From Arenicella sp. (lineage in GTDB: Bacteria > Pseudomonadota > Gammaproteobacteria > Arenicellales > Arenicellaceae), in contig CBDDKT010000002.1 in assembly GCA_965230315.1 (NCBI GenBank), forward strand, positions 2,476,493-2,500,492: 24,000 nt of DNA, written 5' to 3'. A program made the translations under genes and the position numbers. Each line of letters opens with the position of its first letter. Positions within the stretch are counted from its first letter, which is position 1. Positions 23,391 to 24,000 of this stretch are shown in pieces. The notes below the pieces were generated by a model, which saw only the letters and a program-made list of their open reading frames with translations, had not been told where the DNA came from and made no database searches.

Positions 23391-23425
23391 AAATCCATAT
23401 TATACGAAAAATACGGATTTTTCAA
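23391..23425 (-). promoter_or_regulatory. TA promoter with overlapping palindromic operator
   Basis: On the minus strand: TTGAAA (23425-23420), 15-nt spacer, TATAAT (23404-23399). Inverted repeat aaatccatat (23391-23400) / atacggattt (23411-23420), 9 of 10 complementary, spans the -10 box. Confidence 0.5.
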
Positions 23426-23853
23426 TTGAGTGATCCTAACTGCGTTCTCGCTAAGGAGTTCATGGGCGTTACTGGCCTCCCTGCCAGCCGTGCTCTCCAG
23501 CCTTCGCTAATCGCTCATCACCGCGCGCGGCGACTGTCGGGCTTCTGATCATTAACGTTTTCGGGCGCGGCCCGACAACGGCGTTGGCTTTGCTTTTGTT
23601 TATGGGCTTGCAGCCCGGCGCTCCAAGCCCCTAAAGCCTGCGGTAAGCCACAAAATAAATTGCCCTCTCGTCTCGTCTTTTTCTGATCAATTTTTTTTGC
23701 GTCTTAGGGCTGTTTCTCTGCCTCCTGGCTTCTCCGTTTGGTTGCTACCAAATGAGCGAGCGCGCCCTATGCGCGACCGCATCATTTGATAGACAAGCTT
23801 TTTAAAGACTGGGTCTGTCGGTACTTTTAAATTACGCAATGAGGTAACTAGTT

Positions 23854-24000
23854 ATGCTAACCACACAAATACAATCGTTTAACCCGCAAGAGACCATTTG
23901 CTCGAAAGTCAATGTTCGCCCTGCGGCCAAGGCCACTGACATCGACGAGCTTGCCAATGACATTGAGCATCACGGCCAACTGCAACCCGTTATTATTCGC
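23854..24000 (+). CDS. ParB/Srx N-terminal domain protein (5' partial, runs off window)
   Basis: ATG 23854 with GAGG 9 nt upstream. MLTTQIQSFNPQETICSKVNVRPAAKATDIDELANDIEHHGQLQPVIIR; the NVR...I.ELA..I...GQLQPVI.R stretch is ParB box-like. The only plus-strand gene I accept. Confidence 0.55.
   Translation, partial: MLTTQIQSFNPQETICSKVNVRPAAKATDIDELANDIEHHGQLQPVIIR

Larger units (their letters stand above)
1..24000. mobile_element. Internal segment of an integrative conjugative element, PFGI-1/ICEclc/pKLC102/SPI-7 class (no element ends in window)
   Basis: Colinear minus-strand set: pilL-like, lipoprotein, CxxC protein, SLT transglycosylase, PFL_4695-like, TraD-type coupling ATPase, PFL_4697-like membrane protein, RAQPRD protein, pilin-like protein, plus DUF2857-like and PFL_4669-like genes. 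This is the conserved backbone order of that ICE class as I remember it. No att site, tRNA or terminal integrase seen. Confidence 0.75.

Noticed and set aside
23440-23800. GC-rich stretch as an integron attC/VCR site or a tRNA-derived ICE attachment site
   Set aside because: I could not find RYYYAAC/GTTRRRY core sites in the proper inverted arrangement, and there is no T-arm (GGTTCGAATCC-like) or acceptor-stem sequence.
1-24000. CRISPR arrays, rRNA/tRNA genes, IS elements or transposase genes
   Set aside because: I saw no regularly spaced direct repeats, no conserved rRNA/tRNA sequence blocks, and no transposase-like ORF or terminal inverted repeats.

Overview
This window is an internal segment of an integrative conjugative element (ICE) of the PFGI-1/ICEclc/pKLC102/SPI-7 class. 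Every complete gene is on the minus strand. All family names come from reading motifs and from memory of these families; no search was run. Layout: (1) 1-6540 is the mating-pair-formation and coupling operon: pilL-like, lipoprotein, CxxC protein, SLT transglycosylase, PFL_4695-like, TraD, PFL_4697-like membrane protein, RAQPRD protein and a pilin-like protein, all tightly translationally coupled. (2) 6690-7223 is an ICE backbone protein followed by a clean terminator. (3) 7332-13058 looks like a cargo module. It holds a tyrosine recombinase plus a three-gene operon (unknown Zn-ribbon protein, N-terminally extended ABC ATPase, HNH nuclease). The ATPase+HNH pair resembles a Septu core, but the first gene and the ATPase N-terminal domain are not explained by that. 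This is my best candidate for an undescribed system. (4) 13059-15958 holds ICE backbone genes: PFL_4669-like, DUF2857-like, a membrane-anchored 425-aa protein and a 117-aa protein. (5) 16365-18046 holds a RadC/JAB-like gene behind a ~360-nt hairpin-dense leader, plus an acidic 269-aa unknown. (6) 18267-22524 is a Lamassu type II / ABC-3C operon (Cap4-like nuclease, middle component, SMC/Rad50-like ATPase with a CxxC..CxxC hook) followed by an extra HEPN (Rx4H) gene. (7) 22672-23365 is a Phd/YefM antitoxin with a MazF/PemK-like toxin, with a palindromic operator over a TATAAT box. (8) 23440-23800 is a GC-rich, palindrome-rich non-coding stretch, followed by the 5' end of a plus-strand ParB-like gene. 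I recognised no rRNA, tRNA, CRISPR array or IS element.
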